Shown here: positions 1-9,283 of the stretch, piece by piece
How positions within the stretch are numbered: the first letter of the stretch is position 1
Layout of the letters: every line of letters starts with the position of its first letter
Assembly (NCBI GenBank): GCA_004322365.1
Contig: SCTS01000005.1
Span: 67,697-131,696, forward strand
Reading direction: 5' to 3'
DNA: 64,000 bases
Source of the DNA: Patescibacteria group bacterium
Lineage (GTDB): Bacteria > Patescibacteriota > Minisyncoccia > Phycocordibacterales > Phycocordibacteraceae
Notes under the pieces: model-generated
Database searches by the model: none
What the model was told of the DNA's origin: nothing
What the model saw: only the letters and a program-made list of their open reading frames with translations
Position numbers and translations under genes: made by a program

Positions 1-2
1 CC

Positions 3-236
3 ATTATTGCACTCGGATGTATCATTAAAGGAGAAACTTCTCACGATCAATACATTGCCCACGCTACTGCAACTGGACTTACTGAAGTATCTCTCAAGGT
101 AGGTATACCGATAATATTTGGCGTACTCACTACAAACAACCTAAAACAGGCTAAAGTTCGGTCCACTGGGATAATGAACAAAGGGAAAGAGGCTGCAGAA
201 ACGGCCATCGAAATGGCGTCTCTGAATAAAACCTGA
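3..236 (+). CDS. ribH: 6,7-dimethyl-8-ribityllumazine synthase, C-terminal fragment (5' end outside the window)
   Basis: Frame-3 translation IIALGCIIKGETSHDQYIAHATATGLTEVSLKVGIPIIFGVLTTNNLKQAKVRSTGIMNKGKEAAETAIEMASLNKT* matches the conserved C-terminal half of lumazine synthase (G(A/E)TxHFDYV...GVLT motif). Stop TGA at 234-236. Confidence 0.8.
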   Translation: MIALGCIIKGETSHDQYIAHATATGLTEVSLKVGIPIIFGVLTTNNLKQAKVRSTGIMNKGKEAAETAIEMASLNKT

Positions 237-278
237 TAAAATTTTGAAATACTTTTGAAGTAATGTACGCATGGTATC

Positions 279-692
279 TTGTTCTTGAGGACTCATATGA
301 CTACATGGCATCAAAAACATACGCAAGCTTTAACTTTTGGCGATAGACTATCAAGCATATTGGCAACAGGGATGGGCTCGTGGAAATTCATCACCATCCA
401 AACAGTCTTTGTTGCTACATGGATAACCTTAAATATCATAGGAGTTGTTCAGCGTTGGGATGTCTACCCCTTCATACTTCTCAATCTTATCTTCTCAACT
501 CAAGCAGCATATGCCGCACCTATCATCATGATGGCGCAAAATCGCCAGTCAGAGCGCGACCGTCATCACGCCGAAGCAGACTACGAAACTAATACAAGAG
601 CTAAAGAAGAAATTGAGGCGTTACAAAAAAACCTCAGTCGAATAGAAATCGAAAAGCTGGATAAAATATTAGCTTTATTAGAAAAAAAATAA
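279..692 (+). CDS. DUF1003 family membrane protein
   Basis: YPFILLNLIFSTQAAYAAPIIMMAQNRQSERDRHHAEADYETN is the signature of DUF1003; two TM helices then a coiled-coil tail. Start could instead be M at 300. Confidence 0.6.
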   Translation: MFLRTHMTTWHQKHTQALTFGDRLSSILATGMGSWKFITIQTVFVATWITLNIIGVVQRWDVYPFILLNLIFSTQAAYAAPIIMMAQNRQSERDRHHAEADYETNTRAKEEIEALQKNLSRIEIEKLDKILALLEKK

Positions 693-1040
693 TCTATATT
701 CTATGGATTTCGTACAGTTATTTCAACAGTTTTTTTCTCTCATTGTACAAATAGTTCAATTTTTTATAAACCTCATTCTGTTCATTCTTTCACTTCTCAC
801 ACCTATCGTGAATGCCATACTTGCCGTATTCCAATAATACAAAACTATGTTTGATCTCTTCGGCATAAGAAAGCGGATGGCACGCGAAAAAGAGCTCTAC
901 CTTGAAGAGTTAGCAACTGTAGAAAATAGCACTACACAAGTAAATGAAAAGACAGACACTCAGTGGTCTACCGTAAATCAACTCGACGGACTAAAATAGA
1001 TTTTAGAAAAAACACTTTTTAAAAAATCTCCTGACGGAGC

Positions 1041-1415
1041 TTATGTTTTATGTATTTGTGATTCAAGAACGTGCGCATCAATACTATAAGGCTTTCTAAA
1101 TGTAACTAAATGATATAAAAAATAAGGCACCATGTCTAAAAAAAAGTGAGGAACAGCCATAACAAAAAATTTATTAAGGTTTCCAAAATCATAGTGAACC
1201 TCAACTAAGGAACCAGATTTTATTGCGTGAATATGTCTAAATGTCCCTGGCGTTCTATAGTTTGTTTTTCTGTTGAGTGCATGAAAAACCTTCACAAAAT
1301 GCACTTCGTATTCATCAAAAACTGTAGAATCAACAATCAGTAGCTCTCGATGAAAAATGCGAGATGCACCTATAGACTTTGCCTTTAACTCTCGGTATAC
1401 ATCGGTGGCATTCAT
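1041..1415 (-). CDS. hypothetical protein
   Basis: 124-aa ORF downstream of and co-directional with the 1484-2632 gene; no recognisable motif. Confidence 0.3.
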   Translation of the reverse strand: MNATDVYRELKAKSIGASRIFHRELLIVDSTVFDEYEVHFVKVFHALNRKTNYRTPGTFRHIHAIKSGSLVEVHYDFGNLNKFFVMAVPHFFLDMVPYFLYHLVTFRKPYSIDAHVLESQIHKT

Positions 1416-1483
1416 AGCGGTAGTGTCGATTCTATCACGAATACCATACCCACATCTCCTTTCCTGCTCTAGTGTAAATACAA

Positions 1484-2632
1484 CTACTGAGATTTATAAG
1501 CAGTAATGACCGAATTGATTACACTGCTCGGTATAGTTTCTGTCCCTTCAAACCAACCCCGAGCACGTTGAACCTCTTCCTTTGAAAGCGTTTTTTGAAG
1601 CTCATCAAAGAAATTACTAGCTTTCCCTGCATGAATATCAGTAAGAATTTTTTCTACGCTAGTGTGAGTATTTGACTCCTGCAACATTCCATCAACCGCA
1701 AGCATCGAAAGTGGAGCGAGCACATAATGTCCATACTGATAATCGAGATTCGGAGAGTTGGGCGCAACAATTACACTTTGTCTAATTTTCTCAAAAGCCT
1801 TTTGATCATTGAAAGGCGCTTCTTTGATCAGTGAAAAGTTTCCAGTTCTCACTGCTGTATGAACACCGTAGAGATACACAATACGCCCTGATCGCTCCGC
1901 GGAAGTGGTAAATGCTGTTTCTGCCCAAGTAGCCTCAACCTCCTGCCAATCTTCTTCTGCGAACGGCGACTGCAACTTTTGATACGGGAGTGCGCCACTC
2001 TGATGCCTGTTGTAAAGGTGCATTACTGCGTGAATGAAAAGTTCCTCTCCACGAAGACTATTCTGTGTGCGCACGAAAGCACTAACTCTTGCGCTTGGAT
2101 CTGGATACACATATGTAGCATCTTCGTCTGCATTTCCAGCAAGGCCTGCAGTAATAAGAACGACATGTTGAACTCGTTGTTCTTTAGGATCGTCATTAAA
2201 CAATTTCCCTGTGCGATTGAATGCATTCTCAATAATGGCAACATATCGCCGTATCGAACTTTCTGTTGTGGTTACGGGATATAAAATATCTACCTTATAC
2301 ATGCTCTGTTTTGGCTGAATACTCTGTAGTGTGAATGCATCGGAGCGAATAAGAACGCCTGTCAATTTCGTCTCAAATTTCGCCCACCCCGCCCCCGTCT
2401 CTATGGCACCAACAGCTTCCCAACCTTGAGGTACACACACTGGTCGGTTTTTGTGATCAAAACTTTTGAGTATGTCGCCAGACCAGATGCGATACCCTTG
2501 CGAGCCTGCAATAGGTTTTAAATAATCAGGAACTTTGTAGCACTCTCCCTTAAGAATAGGTACAAAATAAACAACTACTGCCAACAATGCGCATACAGCT
2601 GGCACGCCAATGATTACCAATACTTTCCTCAT
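1484..2632 (-). CDS. hypothetical membrane-anchored protein (N-terminal TM, HxxxH motif)
   Basis: 382-aa ORF with an N-terminal hydrophobic anchor and a FIHAVMHLY (HxxxH) motif. A TATACT -10-like box sits 7 nt upstream of the ATG, and the conserved 17-mer GTATACCCCGTGAGATA lies just upstream. Confidence 0.5.
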   Translation of the reverse strand: MRKVLVIIGVPAVCALLAVVVYFVPILKGECYKVPDYLKPIAGSQGYRIWSGDILKSFDHKNRPVCVPQGWEAVGAIETGAGWAKFETKLTGVLIRSDAFTLQSIQPKQSMYKVDILYPVTTTESSIRRYVAIIENAFNRTGKLFNDDPKEQRVQHVVLITAGLAGNADEDATYVYPDPSARVSAFVRTQNSLRGEELFIHAVMHLYNRHQSGALPYQKLQSPFAEEDWQEVEATWAETAFTTSAERSGRIVYLYGVHTAVRTGNFSLIKEAPFNDQKAFEKIRQSVIVAPNSPNLDYQYGHYVLAPLSMLAVDGMLQESNTHTSVEKILTDIHAGKASNFFDELQKTLSKEEVQRARGWFEGTETIPSSVINSVITAYKSQ

Positions 2633-2703
2633 ATAAAAAGTATACCCCGTGAGATAGGCTCAACAACAAAATTCAAGAATAACGCAAGGCGAGTCGTAAC
2701 CGA

Positions 2704-3249
2704 TTAGAGAGATCTAACCTCTATTTTATGCGGCCAAGGGAACGGCTCACCACCCTCTTCAAGTTCTAGGGTGCCTTCTGCCTGAAGACCTTTCACGCGT
2801 CCATCCAAATATTCTTTCCAAAGAATAAATTTCCCATTCTGAACTTTAGCAATGATTGCATCGCTTACCACCTCACGTTTGCCAGTTATTTTCTTTGTTG
2901 TGGCAAACTGCCACTCAACGGCAACGTCATCCCCGTTAACAACAATAGTATGGATGTACACTTTTGTATCTGTGTATGCATCCCTAAAAAACCGCAAATC
3001 TTCAAGTGTCTGCTCCTTACTCAATCGTCTTCCGGGATACGCAAAAACCATATTTTCATGCAACAACGAGGCCAATAATTCCTCATCTCCTGTCTGCCAT
3101 GCACGTGCATGCTTTGAAACCATTTGTACAATGATCTCACGGTGTATGTTCAATAATTGTTGATGGGCAAAGAAACCGAGCACACCAACAAGAACCAACG
3201 CCAATATGCTGTATACTATTTTTTTATTTTTCAGAGAATGTATATTCAT
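2704..3249 (-). CDS. SnoaL/NTF2-like (ketosteroid-isomerase-like) fold protein with N-terminal TM anchor
   Basis: 181 aa. N-terminal TM, then a ~130-aa region with the spacing typical of DUF4440/SnoaL_2 (WQTGDEELLASLLHENMVFAYPG...VEWQFATTK). Confidence 0.45.
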   Translation of the reverse strand: MNIHSLKNKKIVYSILALVLVGVLGFFAHQQLLNIHREIIVQMVSKHARAWQTGDEELLASLLHENMVFAYPGRRLSKEQTLEDLRFFRDAYTDTKVYIHTIVVNGDDVAVEWQFATTKKITGKREVVSDAIIAKVQNGKFILWKEYLDGRVKGLQAEGTLELEEGGEPFPWPHKIEVRSL

Positions 3250-3324
3250 GCCATATATTATTTCATACTTTTCTGAAGCATTGCAACTAACAATAGCTAG
3301 AGGGAGTCCTAATACTCAGACTAT

Positions 3325-3846
3325 CTACACTTCTCCTTGCGCTAGCATGGTCAGTGCGCGAGTTCGGTCGTGGTCAAGTTCAACTAAAAGAATCTGTTGC
3401 CATACTCCTCTAATCACCTTCCCGTTCTCAATAATAAGCGTCAGGTAGCTGGGAATAATTAACCCTTGTGCATGTGCATGCCCATTAACGCATTCTTGAC
3501 TCACTCCGTTTTCGTCAGGCACACAGAGATGCGTGTGTCGCTTCCCTTCTGGATTATTAACATCACGAATATCATTGTGACCATATGTTTCAGCAGGGCT
3601 AGCAAAACGGTCAAGCACTCGTTGTAAGTCAGGCACATACCCGAGGGTCGTGGCTGGTCCAATCAAATTTGGCTCATCTTCGTTCACCCACAAGCCACAC
3701 GTCGTGTGATGTGTTTGAAGTGTGAGTGTACCTGTCTGCACTCCTGAATCTGCAACAAATAAATCAACCTCGGGAGTAATATTGATAAACTCCAAACGAT
3801 GCTTTGTCTGATAGGTTAGAGTTTTCGTGACAGCTTTGTAGGACAT
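3325..3846 (-). CDS. YjbQ/UPF0047 family protein (secondary thiamine-phosphate synthase-like)
   Basis: INITPEVDLFVADSGVQTGTLTLQTHHTTCGLWVNEDEPNL matches the YjbQ family signature (I..T.EV......SG...G.......HTTA.L.INE.E..L). Confidence 0.7.
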   Translation of the reverse strand: MSYKAVTKTLTYQTKHRLEFINITPEVDLFVADSGVQTGTLTLQTHHTTCGLWVNEDEPNLIGPATTLGYVPDLQRVLDRFASPAETYGHNDIRDVNNPEGKRHTHLCVPDENGVSQECVNGHAHAQGLIIPSYLTLIIENGKVIRGVWQQILLVELDHDRTRALTMLAQGEV

Positions 3847-3912
3847 ATGTATTACACACTAAACCACAGTAAAGGCGTGTTGGTTTCATTACAAAGCTAC
3901 GCTTAAATAAAA

Positions 3913-4176
3913 ATGTATAATTCTACTATGCACTGGCAAGATATTGTTCTCTCAGTTGGTCAATATATTTTTGTTATTGCCCTACTCCCTTCTGTTTTTG
4001 GAAAAGATAAACCAGCTCTTTCTTCAAGCCTACTCACCGGCACTGTGCTTGCAGTTTTTAGTGTTGTCTATGCAACTCTTGGATTGTGGAACTCAACGGT
4101 CGCCTCAAGCATCGTTACTGCGACATGGTTTCTTTTAGCGTGGCAACAGTACAGAAAAAGAACAAGAAATAAATAA
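3913..4176 (+). CDS. small membrane protein
   Basis: 87 aa with two predicted TM helices; no homolog recognised. Confidence 0.3.
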   Translation: MYNSTMHWQDIVLSVGQYIFVIALLPSVFGKDKPALSSSLLTGTVLAVFSVVYATLGLWNSTVASSIVTATWFLLAWQQYRKRTRNK

Positions 4177-4177
4177 T

Positions 4178-4741
4178 CTACTCCATCAATCCCTCCAGCA
4201 CTCCTTCAAGAGTGACCTTAAGAAGGAGAACAGCTCCAACAGACGGCGGAGTAGTCATTGGCTCGCCCACCTTTCGCTCTGCAAAATTTATATGAAGCTC
4301 TTTTGAATCAGAGTATATTTCGGTTGATTGGGGCGCAATTCTATCGCCAACAAGAAACGCGTTGGTAGTTTTGTATCCCGCTCCAGTTTTGAGTGCAACA
4401 ACTGCGTAGTAAAAAAGTCCACTACCTCCAGTGTCTTGCGTAACGAGAAAAGCGACATCCTCTAAGCCGTCTCCATTCAAATCACCTCTCGCTTCGTTTC
4501 CAAAATACCGTGTCGTTGTTTTTGAAGCAGAGTCTGGCACCACTGAAACTTCTGAAACTCCCTGCACTAAAACCACTTCACTTCCCTCAATCGTGAAGCT
4601 GGTGTTTTTCCCGTTGAAAGTAGCGGTCTCTTCTGAGGATATCGTAGACACTACTTTATTAGTGTCTCTTGTAAGAAAGAAAATTCCCACAATGACTACG
4701 GCGATAACGACAACAAAACTGATGAGTGTTTTTTTATTCAT
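4178..4741 (-). CDS. secreted/membrane-anchored hypothetical protein
   Basis: N-terminal signal-anchor (LISFVVVIAVVIVGIFFL) and a GDLNGDGLEDVAF (FG-GAP/VCBS-like) motif. Confidence 0.45.
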   Translation of the reverse strand: MNKKTLISFVVVIAVVIVGIFFLTRDTNKVVSTISSEETATFNGKNTSFTIEGSEVVLVQGVSEVSVVPDSASKTTTRYFGNEARGDLNGDGLEDVAFLVTQDTGGSGLFYYAVVALKTGAGYKTTNAFLVGDRIAPQSTEIYSDSKELHINFAERKVGEPMTTPPSVGAVLLLKVTLEGVLEGLME

Positions 4742-4747
4742 ATTTAG

Positions 4748-5074
4748 TTACACTATCCATTTTTTCGTCACAGCATCATACTCTGAAACAATTTCGGGCC
4801 ACCCCAACTGAGGAACAACCATAATACTGGTCACGGATGATTTGCTACCATTTGGAAAATCCCCTTTTCTCTGATAGATGTACTCAGCGCTATCTCTTTC
4901 TATCTTACGAACTCCTTTAACTTCTAGAAGATATACTCCATCCTTGTCACGTAACTCCTTTATTATTGTAGGATTTTCGCAATAGGTACTAATAGCTGAA
5001 AGTATCTCTTGTCGGGTAAGAATATTTTCAAAACCTCTTTCCGCAGCATTGTCTTGAGGACCTTCAGTAGCCAT
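4748..5074 (-). CDS. hypothetical protein
   Basis: ORF downstream of mscL. Start moved to the internal Met (MATEGPQD) so it does not overlap the mscL stop at 5080. Confidence 0.3.
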   Translation of the reverse strand: MATEGPQDNAAERGFENILTRQEILSAISTYCENPTIIKELRDKDGVYLLEVKGVRKIERDSAEYIYQRKGDFPNGSKSSVTSIMVVPQLGWPEIVSEYDAVTKKWIV

Positions 5075-5079
5075 ACAAA

Positions 5080-5481
5080 TTAGGGTAGTACTTGCGTACA
5101 GAACGCACAGCGACGAGCACTTGCAGGTATTTTTGAAAGACACTCAGTGCATTTTTTTGTTGCAGGATCAGCTGGAGTGTCTTTAAGTGCATGAGCACTC
5201 AGCACATTCATCGGCTTAACCACAAAGAAAAATACCGAACCAGCCACAAGAATGAATGATATAAGAGTATTGATAAAATGCCCGTATCTAAACTGACTAC
5301 CATTGAGGGTAAATACCATTCCACCAAAATCAGGAACTTTCGCAATGGCAGCTATAAAAGGAGTAAGTAGGTCGGCCACCAAAGCAGTCACTATGCTTCC
5401 AAAGGCTGCTCCCACCACGACACCGACTGCCAAATCGACCACATTACCTCGCAAAAGAAATGCCTTGAATTCGTTAAACAT
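5080..5481 (-). CDS. mscL: large-conductance mechanosensitive channel
   Basis: MFNEFKAFLLRGNVVDLAVGVVVGAAFGSIVTALVADLLTPFI is the canonical MscL N-terminus. 133 aa. Confidence 0.85.
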   Translation of the reverse strand: MFNEFKAFLLRGNVVDLAVGVVVGAAFGSIVTALVADLLTPFIAAIAKVPDFGGMVFTLNGSQFRYGHFINTLISFILVAGSVFFFVVKPMNVLSAHALKDTPADPATKKCTECLSKIPASARRCAFCTQVLP

Positions 5482-5544
5482 ACAAGTTTGGATATATAAG
5501 TTAAATACCTCGTAATAATAACAGATTTCAAGTGTTTAGCTGAG

Positions 5545-5555
5545 CCCCCCCCCCC
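5545..5555. repeat. homopolymeric tract, 11 consecutive C (G11 on the minus strand), ~65 bp upstream of the mscL start
   Basis: Counted directly: tgagCCCCCCCCCCCgctac at 5545-5555. Confidence 0.9.
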
Positions 5556-5624
5556 GCTACACCAAAACCAAAAACCCCGCATCGATGATGTGAGGTTTTT
5601 CGTTTCTCTATTGTCCAATTTTTA

Positions 5625-5846
5625 CTAAGGAGCGGGTGTATCAGCTTTTGGAGCTGGGGTAACAGGATTAGGAATGGTCACATTAATAATGGCATCCTTC
5701 GGTACAGCGGATCTAAAAACACCATTCTGATATAAAATCACACCACCAACGAGCACTACAAGAATGAGTACGACTGCGACAACCCAACCGGCGCCACTAT
5801 CGCTACCATTAGTATTACTTGGAGGAGTATTAATTACTGTTGTCAT
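5625..5846 (-). CDS. small membrane protein with Pro/Thr-rich tail
   Basis: 73 aa with a single TM (WVVAVVLILVVLVGGVILY). Confidence 0.3.
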   Translation of the reverse strand: MTTVINTPPSNTNGSDSGAGWVVAVVLILVVLVGGVILYQNGVFRSAVPKDAIINVTIPNPVTPAPKADTPAP

Positions 5847-6018
5847 AATATATTTACTGCAAGGGTGTATTTAAATTATTAATATTTCACCCTACACACA
5901 AGAAGCCGTTCCAAAACAATAGGAATTACATACACACACGACCGCAATAAAGAAGTAATACTAACGACAATGAAACGGCTCCAGCTGGGGATGTAATTTA
6001 TTAACTTATATAACTAAC

Positions 6019-6180
6019 ATGTCATTACTTACTTTGTGCGAAATTGTTTTCTTTCTAGGATTTGGCATTAATCACTTTTATCCCAATAGAATACTTGGAA
6101 TCGTAGTGGCAGTAGCAGCCATAGCGATTGGTATCGTTCTTTTACTTACTACAGTCATAGGGCTGAAACTTAGTTAATAG
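6019..6180 (+). CDS. possible small membrane protein (53 aa, below the ORF-track cutoff)
   Basis: Manual translation MSLLTLCEIVFFLGFGINHFYPNRILGIVVAVAAIAIGIVLLLTTVIGLKLS*; two hydrophobic helices. No homology support. Confidence 0.2.
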
Positions 6181-6187
6181 TGAACAC

Positions 6188-6340
6188 CATGGATGCAACA
6201 GAGATAGACAAAGCGGCGGCAGAAGCTGATGAACAAGCGCGCCGTGCCGAAGAAAAAGCTCACCTTGCACATGAAGCTTCCGCCTTAGAACACGAGCGAC
6301 TAGCTGAAATAGAGAGGCAAAAAAGCGTTTCTCCATGAAT
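6188..6340 (+). CDS. possible small coiled-coil protein (50 aa)
   Basis: Manual translation MDATEIDKAAAEADEQARRAEEKAHLAHEASALEHERLAEIERQKSVSP*. It competes with the antisense ORF 6142-6363; neither is supported by homology. Confidence 0.2.
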
Positions 6341-6554
6341 GCACTTAGAGCTCCGATCCACATAGTGCGCTAAATCTTCCATTTGGTTTTTCGTGCACAA
6401 CTAGAAATGTTTGTAATAGTTATCGGGTATGTACGGCTATGAGAGTACAGTCTTAAAAAAACAAGCTTATTAGCCATAATACCGACAAAAGCAGCGCGCC
6501 GAAAGGAAAATATTTAATCGAAACCGGACCCCGAGTTAATAAAGCGTTGGAAAT

Positions 6555-7142
6555 ATGAGTGATACAAAAACAAACACAAATGGATCAAAAGAGTCCCAGG
6601 AGCTCGCCCTGCACTACATGAAAACACTCGTTGAAGTGGCGAGGGAGTCATTCTTAATTCTCGACTCCAATCTTCGGGTTGTTTCGGCAAATCCTACCTT
6701 TTATCAAAATTTCCAAGTATCTCCTGAACAGACAGAAGGTGTACTCCTCTACGAGCTTGGAAACGGGCAGTGGAACATCCCACTCCTCAAAAGCTTATTG
6801 GAAGAAATTCTGCCAATGAAAAAGGTAGTCAAAGACTATGAGGTAAAGCACTCATTCCAAAAAATCGGAGAAAAAACTATTCTGCTCAACGCCAGGCAAA
6901 TAGACATTGATACAGCACACATGATTGTCTTGGCCATGGAAGACATCACTGTTAGAAAGGAGTTGGAGCAAAAGCTGGCTGAATATACTACTGAGCTTGA
7001 ACTCAAGGTGGCGGAGCGCACTGGAGAGATTGCAGATAGGGTGCGAGACTTAGAATCTCTAAACAAGGTGATGGTTGGGAGAGAATTGAAGATGATAGAG
7101 TTAAAAAAGGAACTCGCTGCACTTAAAGCCTCATCGCACTAA
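6555..7142 (+). CDS. PAS-domain protein with C-terminal coiled coil (sensor module)
   Basis: PAS fold (ESFLILDSNLRVVSANPTFYQNF...LNARQI...MIVLAMEDITVRKELE) followed by a heptad-rich tail. In the same frame as the downstream kinase, separated by a single TAA at 7140-7142. Confidence 0.6.
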   Translation: MSDTKTNTNGSKESQELALHYMKTLVEVARESFLILDSNLRVVSANPTFYQNFQVSPEQTEGVLLYELGNGQWNIPLLKSLLEEILPMKKVVKDYEVKHSFQKIGEKTILLNARQIDIDTAHMIVLAMEDITVRKELEQKLAEYTTELELKVAERTGEIADRVRDLESLNKVMVGRELKMIELKKELAALKASSH

Positions 7143-7157
7143 TGTAGTCAGATTTCT

Positions 7158-8402
7158 ATGACACCCGTCATCGCAAACATTCTCATGGACAAAGAGTTAG
7201 CACATAAAAAAGAAATTGCAGATTCCCAAGCCGCCCTTCTTAATGTTTTAGATGATCAGAAAAGAGATTCAGAAAAAATACTCAAAAAGAAAGCCGTGGA
7301 CGAGGCGATACTCGCGAGCATCGGCGATGGACTCGTCGTCGTCGACAAGGAAGGAAAGATAACCTATGTAAACCAATCATTTGAAAAAATGCTCGGTTGG
7401 TCATCTAAAGAAGTTTTAGGTAAACGCATTGTTGCGGTGGTACCTCGAGAAGACGAAAAAGGCGAAGTAGTTCCTTTTAATGAAAGAATCCTAAACAGAG
7501 TGCTCCGCGGAGAAGTGGTGGTCGCAGACCTTACTAATCCCTTTTACTATATTCGCAAAGATAAAACCCGTTTTCCTTCAAGTAGCATCGTTAACTCAAT
7601 TGTGCTCGATGGTGAAATTATTGGAGTAGTTGAAACATTTCGAGACATTACAAAAGAAAAAGAAATCGACAAAGCAAAAACAGAGTTCGTCTCGCTTGCC
7701 TCTCATCAGCTCCGCACACCTCTCTCTACTATCAACTGGTACACGGAAATGCTTCTAACAGGTGATGTGGGAAAACTAAACGCTGAACAGGAAAAATACC
7801 TCAACGAGGTATACCGAGGTAATCAGCGCATGGTTGGGCTCGTGAATGCACTCTTAAGCGTCTCTCGTATGGATCTTGGGACATTCATCTTTGAGCCTGA
7901 GCCAACAGACATTCCCCTACTCGTTCGAAGTGTTCTGGACGAACAAATGCCTCATATTATTCAAAAAGGTATTACTGTTTTCCCAGCACTTGGAACAAAC
8001 ATTCCCCTCATACAAGTTGACCCTAAACTCCTACGAATGGTTGTACAAAACCTACTCTCAAACGCTATTAAATACACACCTGAAAAAGGAAAAATAGAAA
8101 TCTCCCTCACTCTTACCAATCAAAAGAAGTGCCTCCTGTTCACAATTACTGATACAGGCTATGGCATACCTAAAAATCAGCAACACAAGATATTTCAAAA
8201 ACTCTTCCGAGCAGACAATGTACGCGAAAAAGATACCGAAGGTACCGGCCTCGGACTCTATATCGCAAAAGCAATCATTGATAACTCTGGAGGAAAAATC
8301 TGGTTTGAATCGCCCTCCTCAAATTACGTCGAGGGAGAAGAAAACACAGGTACCACATTTTATGTGGAGTTGCCGTGCAAATTATTAGAAAAAAATAAAT
8401 AA
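7158..8402 (+). CDS. sensor histidine kinase (PAS-HisKA-HATPase_c)
   Basis: H-box ASHQLRTPLSTINWYTEMLL, N-box LLSNAIKYTPEKGKIEISL, G-boxes TDTGYGIP and GTGLGLYIAKAIID. Confidence 0.85.
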   Translation: MTPVIANILMDKELAHKKEIADSQAALLNVLDDQKRDSEKILKKKAVDEAILASIGDGLVVVDKEGKITYVNQSFEKMLGWSSKEVLGKRIVAVVPREDEKGEVVPFNERILNRVLRGEVVVADLTNPFYYIRKDKTRFPSSSIVNSIVLDGEIIGVVETFRDITKEKEIDKAKTEFVSLASHQLRTPLSTINWYTEMLLTGDVGKLNAEQEKYLNEVYRGNQRMVGLVNALLSVSRMDLGTFIFEPEPTDIPLLVRSVLDEQMPHIIQKGITVFPALGTNIPLIQVDPKLLRMVVQNLLSNAIKYTPEKGKIEISLTLTNQKKCLLFTITDTGYGIPKNQQHKIFQKLFRADNVREKDTEGTGLGLYIAKAIIDNSGGKIWFESPSSNYVEGEENTGTTFYVELPCKLLEKNK

Positions 8403-8414
8403 CATCTTTACTAT

Positions 8415-8879
8415 ATGAAGCGTACATCTAAAAAAAATAGAACGATATTAGTGCTCGAGGATGAACAATCTCTCCTTGGAGTCATTAAAGCTAAGCTCGA
8501 AAAAGAAGGCATCCGTGTTCTTACATCCCGAAGTGTCGAGAAAGCTTTTAGTTCTGACCTCAAGAAGAGCAAATCGGGAGGCATAACCTTGAATAGCGTC
8601 AAAACAGCACTCAAGCATGTCGAAGACTTAGAACAGGTTGACGCCATATGGCTCGACCACAATTTGGTTGGGGAAGAAAATGGACTTGATTTTGTGACAA
8701 AATTCAAAAGAAATGCTGGACACTGGAGCAAAATACCTATCTTTGTTGTCTCAAATACCGCAGACCCAGACTTAGTGAAAACCTACATACGGCTGGGGGT
8801 AAATAAATACTATGTGAAGGCAGAAAATCGACTCGACACCATTGTTGCCGATATACACTCCTCTCTCAGTCACGCATAA
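8415..8879 (+). CDS. stand-alone response-regulator receiver domain (atypical, with insertion)
   Basis: ILVLEDEQSL ... DAIWLDHNL (phospho-acceptor Asp) ... IPIFVVSNTADPD. A ~30-aa insert lies between beta2 and beta3; there is no output domain. Confidence 0.55.
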   Translation: MKRTSKKNRTILVLEDEQSLLGVIKAKLEKEGIRVLTSRSVEKAFSSDLKKSKSGGITLNSVKTALKHVEDLEQVDAIWLDHNLVGEENGLDFVTKFKRNAGHWSKIPIFVVSNTADPDLVKTYIRLGVNKYYVKAENRLDTIVADIHSSLSHA

Positions 8880-8881
8880 AA

Positions 8882-9283
8882 ATGACCACGGAAATTACAC
8901 GACAGACAATTTTAATTGTTGAGGATGAGATTTCACTTCGCAATGCACTTCGTGACAAATTCACACGGGAAGGCTTTCTTGTATTTGATGCCAAAGACGG
9001 TGAAATAGGGCTCGCCGTCGCCATTCGTGAACAACCACAATTAATTCTTCTTGATCTCATGATGCCAAAGATGGATGGCATGACCATGCTTCATAAACTA
9101 CGATCAGAAAACGAGTGGGGTAAGAGTGTTCCCGTTATACTCCTCACCAATCTTGGCGCTGATGATAAAATGATAATGAAAGAAATCGAAGAAGACACTT
9201 CGGCCTATTATTTGGTAAAATCAAACTGGTCAATGGATCAAATGGTAGACAAAGTTAAGGAAACCATTGCTTTGTCTTTATAA
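8882..9283 (+). CDS. CheY-like single-domain response regulator
   Basis: ILIVEDEISLRNAL ... LILLDLMMPKMDGMTM ... PVILLTNLGADD is a canonical receiver domain. Confidence 0.8.
   Translation: MTTEITRQTILIVEDEISLRNALRDKFTREGFLVFDAKDGEIGLAVAIREQPQLILLDLMMPKMDGMTMLHKLRSENEWGKSVPVILLTNLGADDKMIMKEIEEDTSAYYLVKSNWSMDQMVDKVKETIALSL

Noticed and set aside
380-592. Alternative-frame 70-aa ORF inside the DUF1003 gene
   Set aside because: It overlaps a gene with a clear family signature in another frame.
5561-5600. Putative terminator aaaaaCCCCGCATCGATGATGTGAGGttttt
   Set aside because: It has flanking A and T runs, but the intervening sequence does not form a convincing stem. Only the short CATCGATG palindrome pairs.
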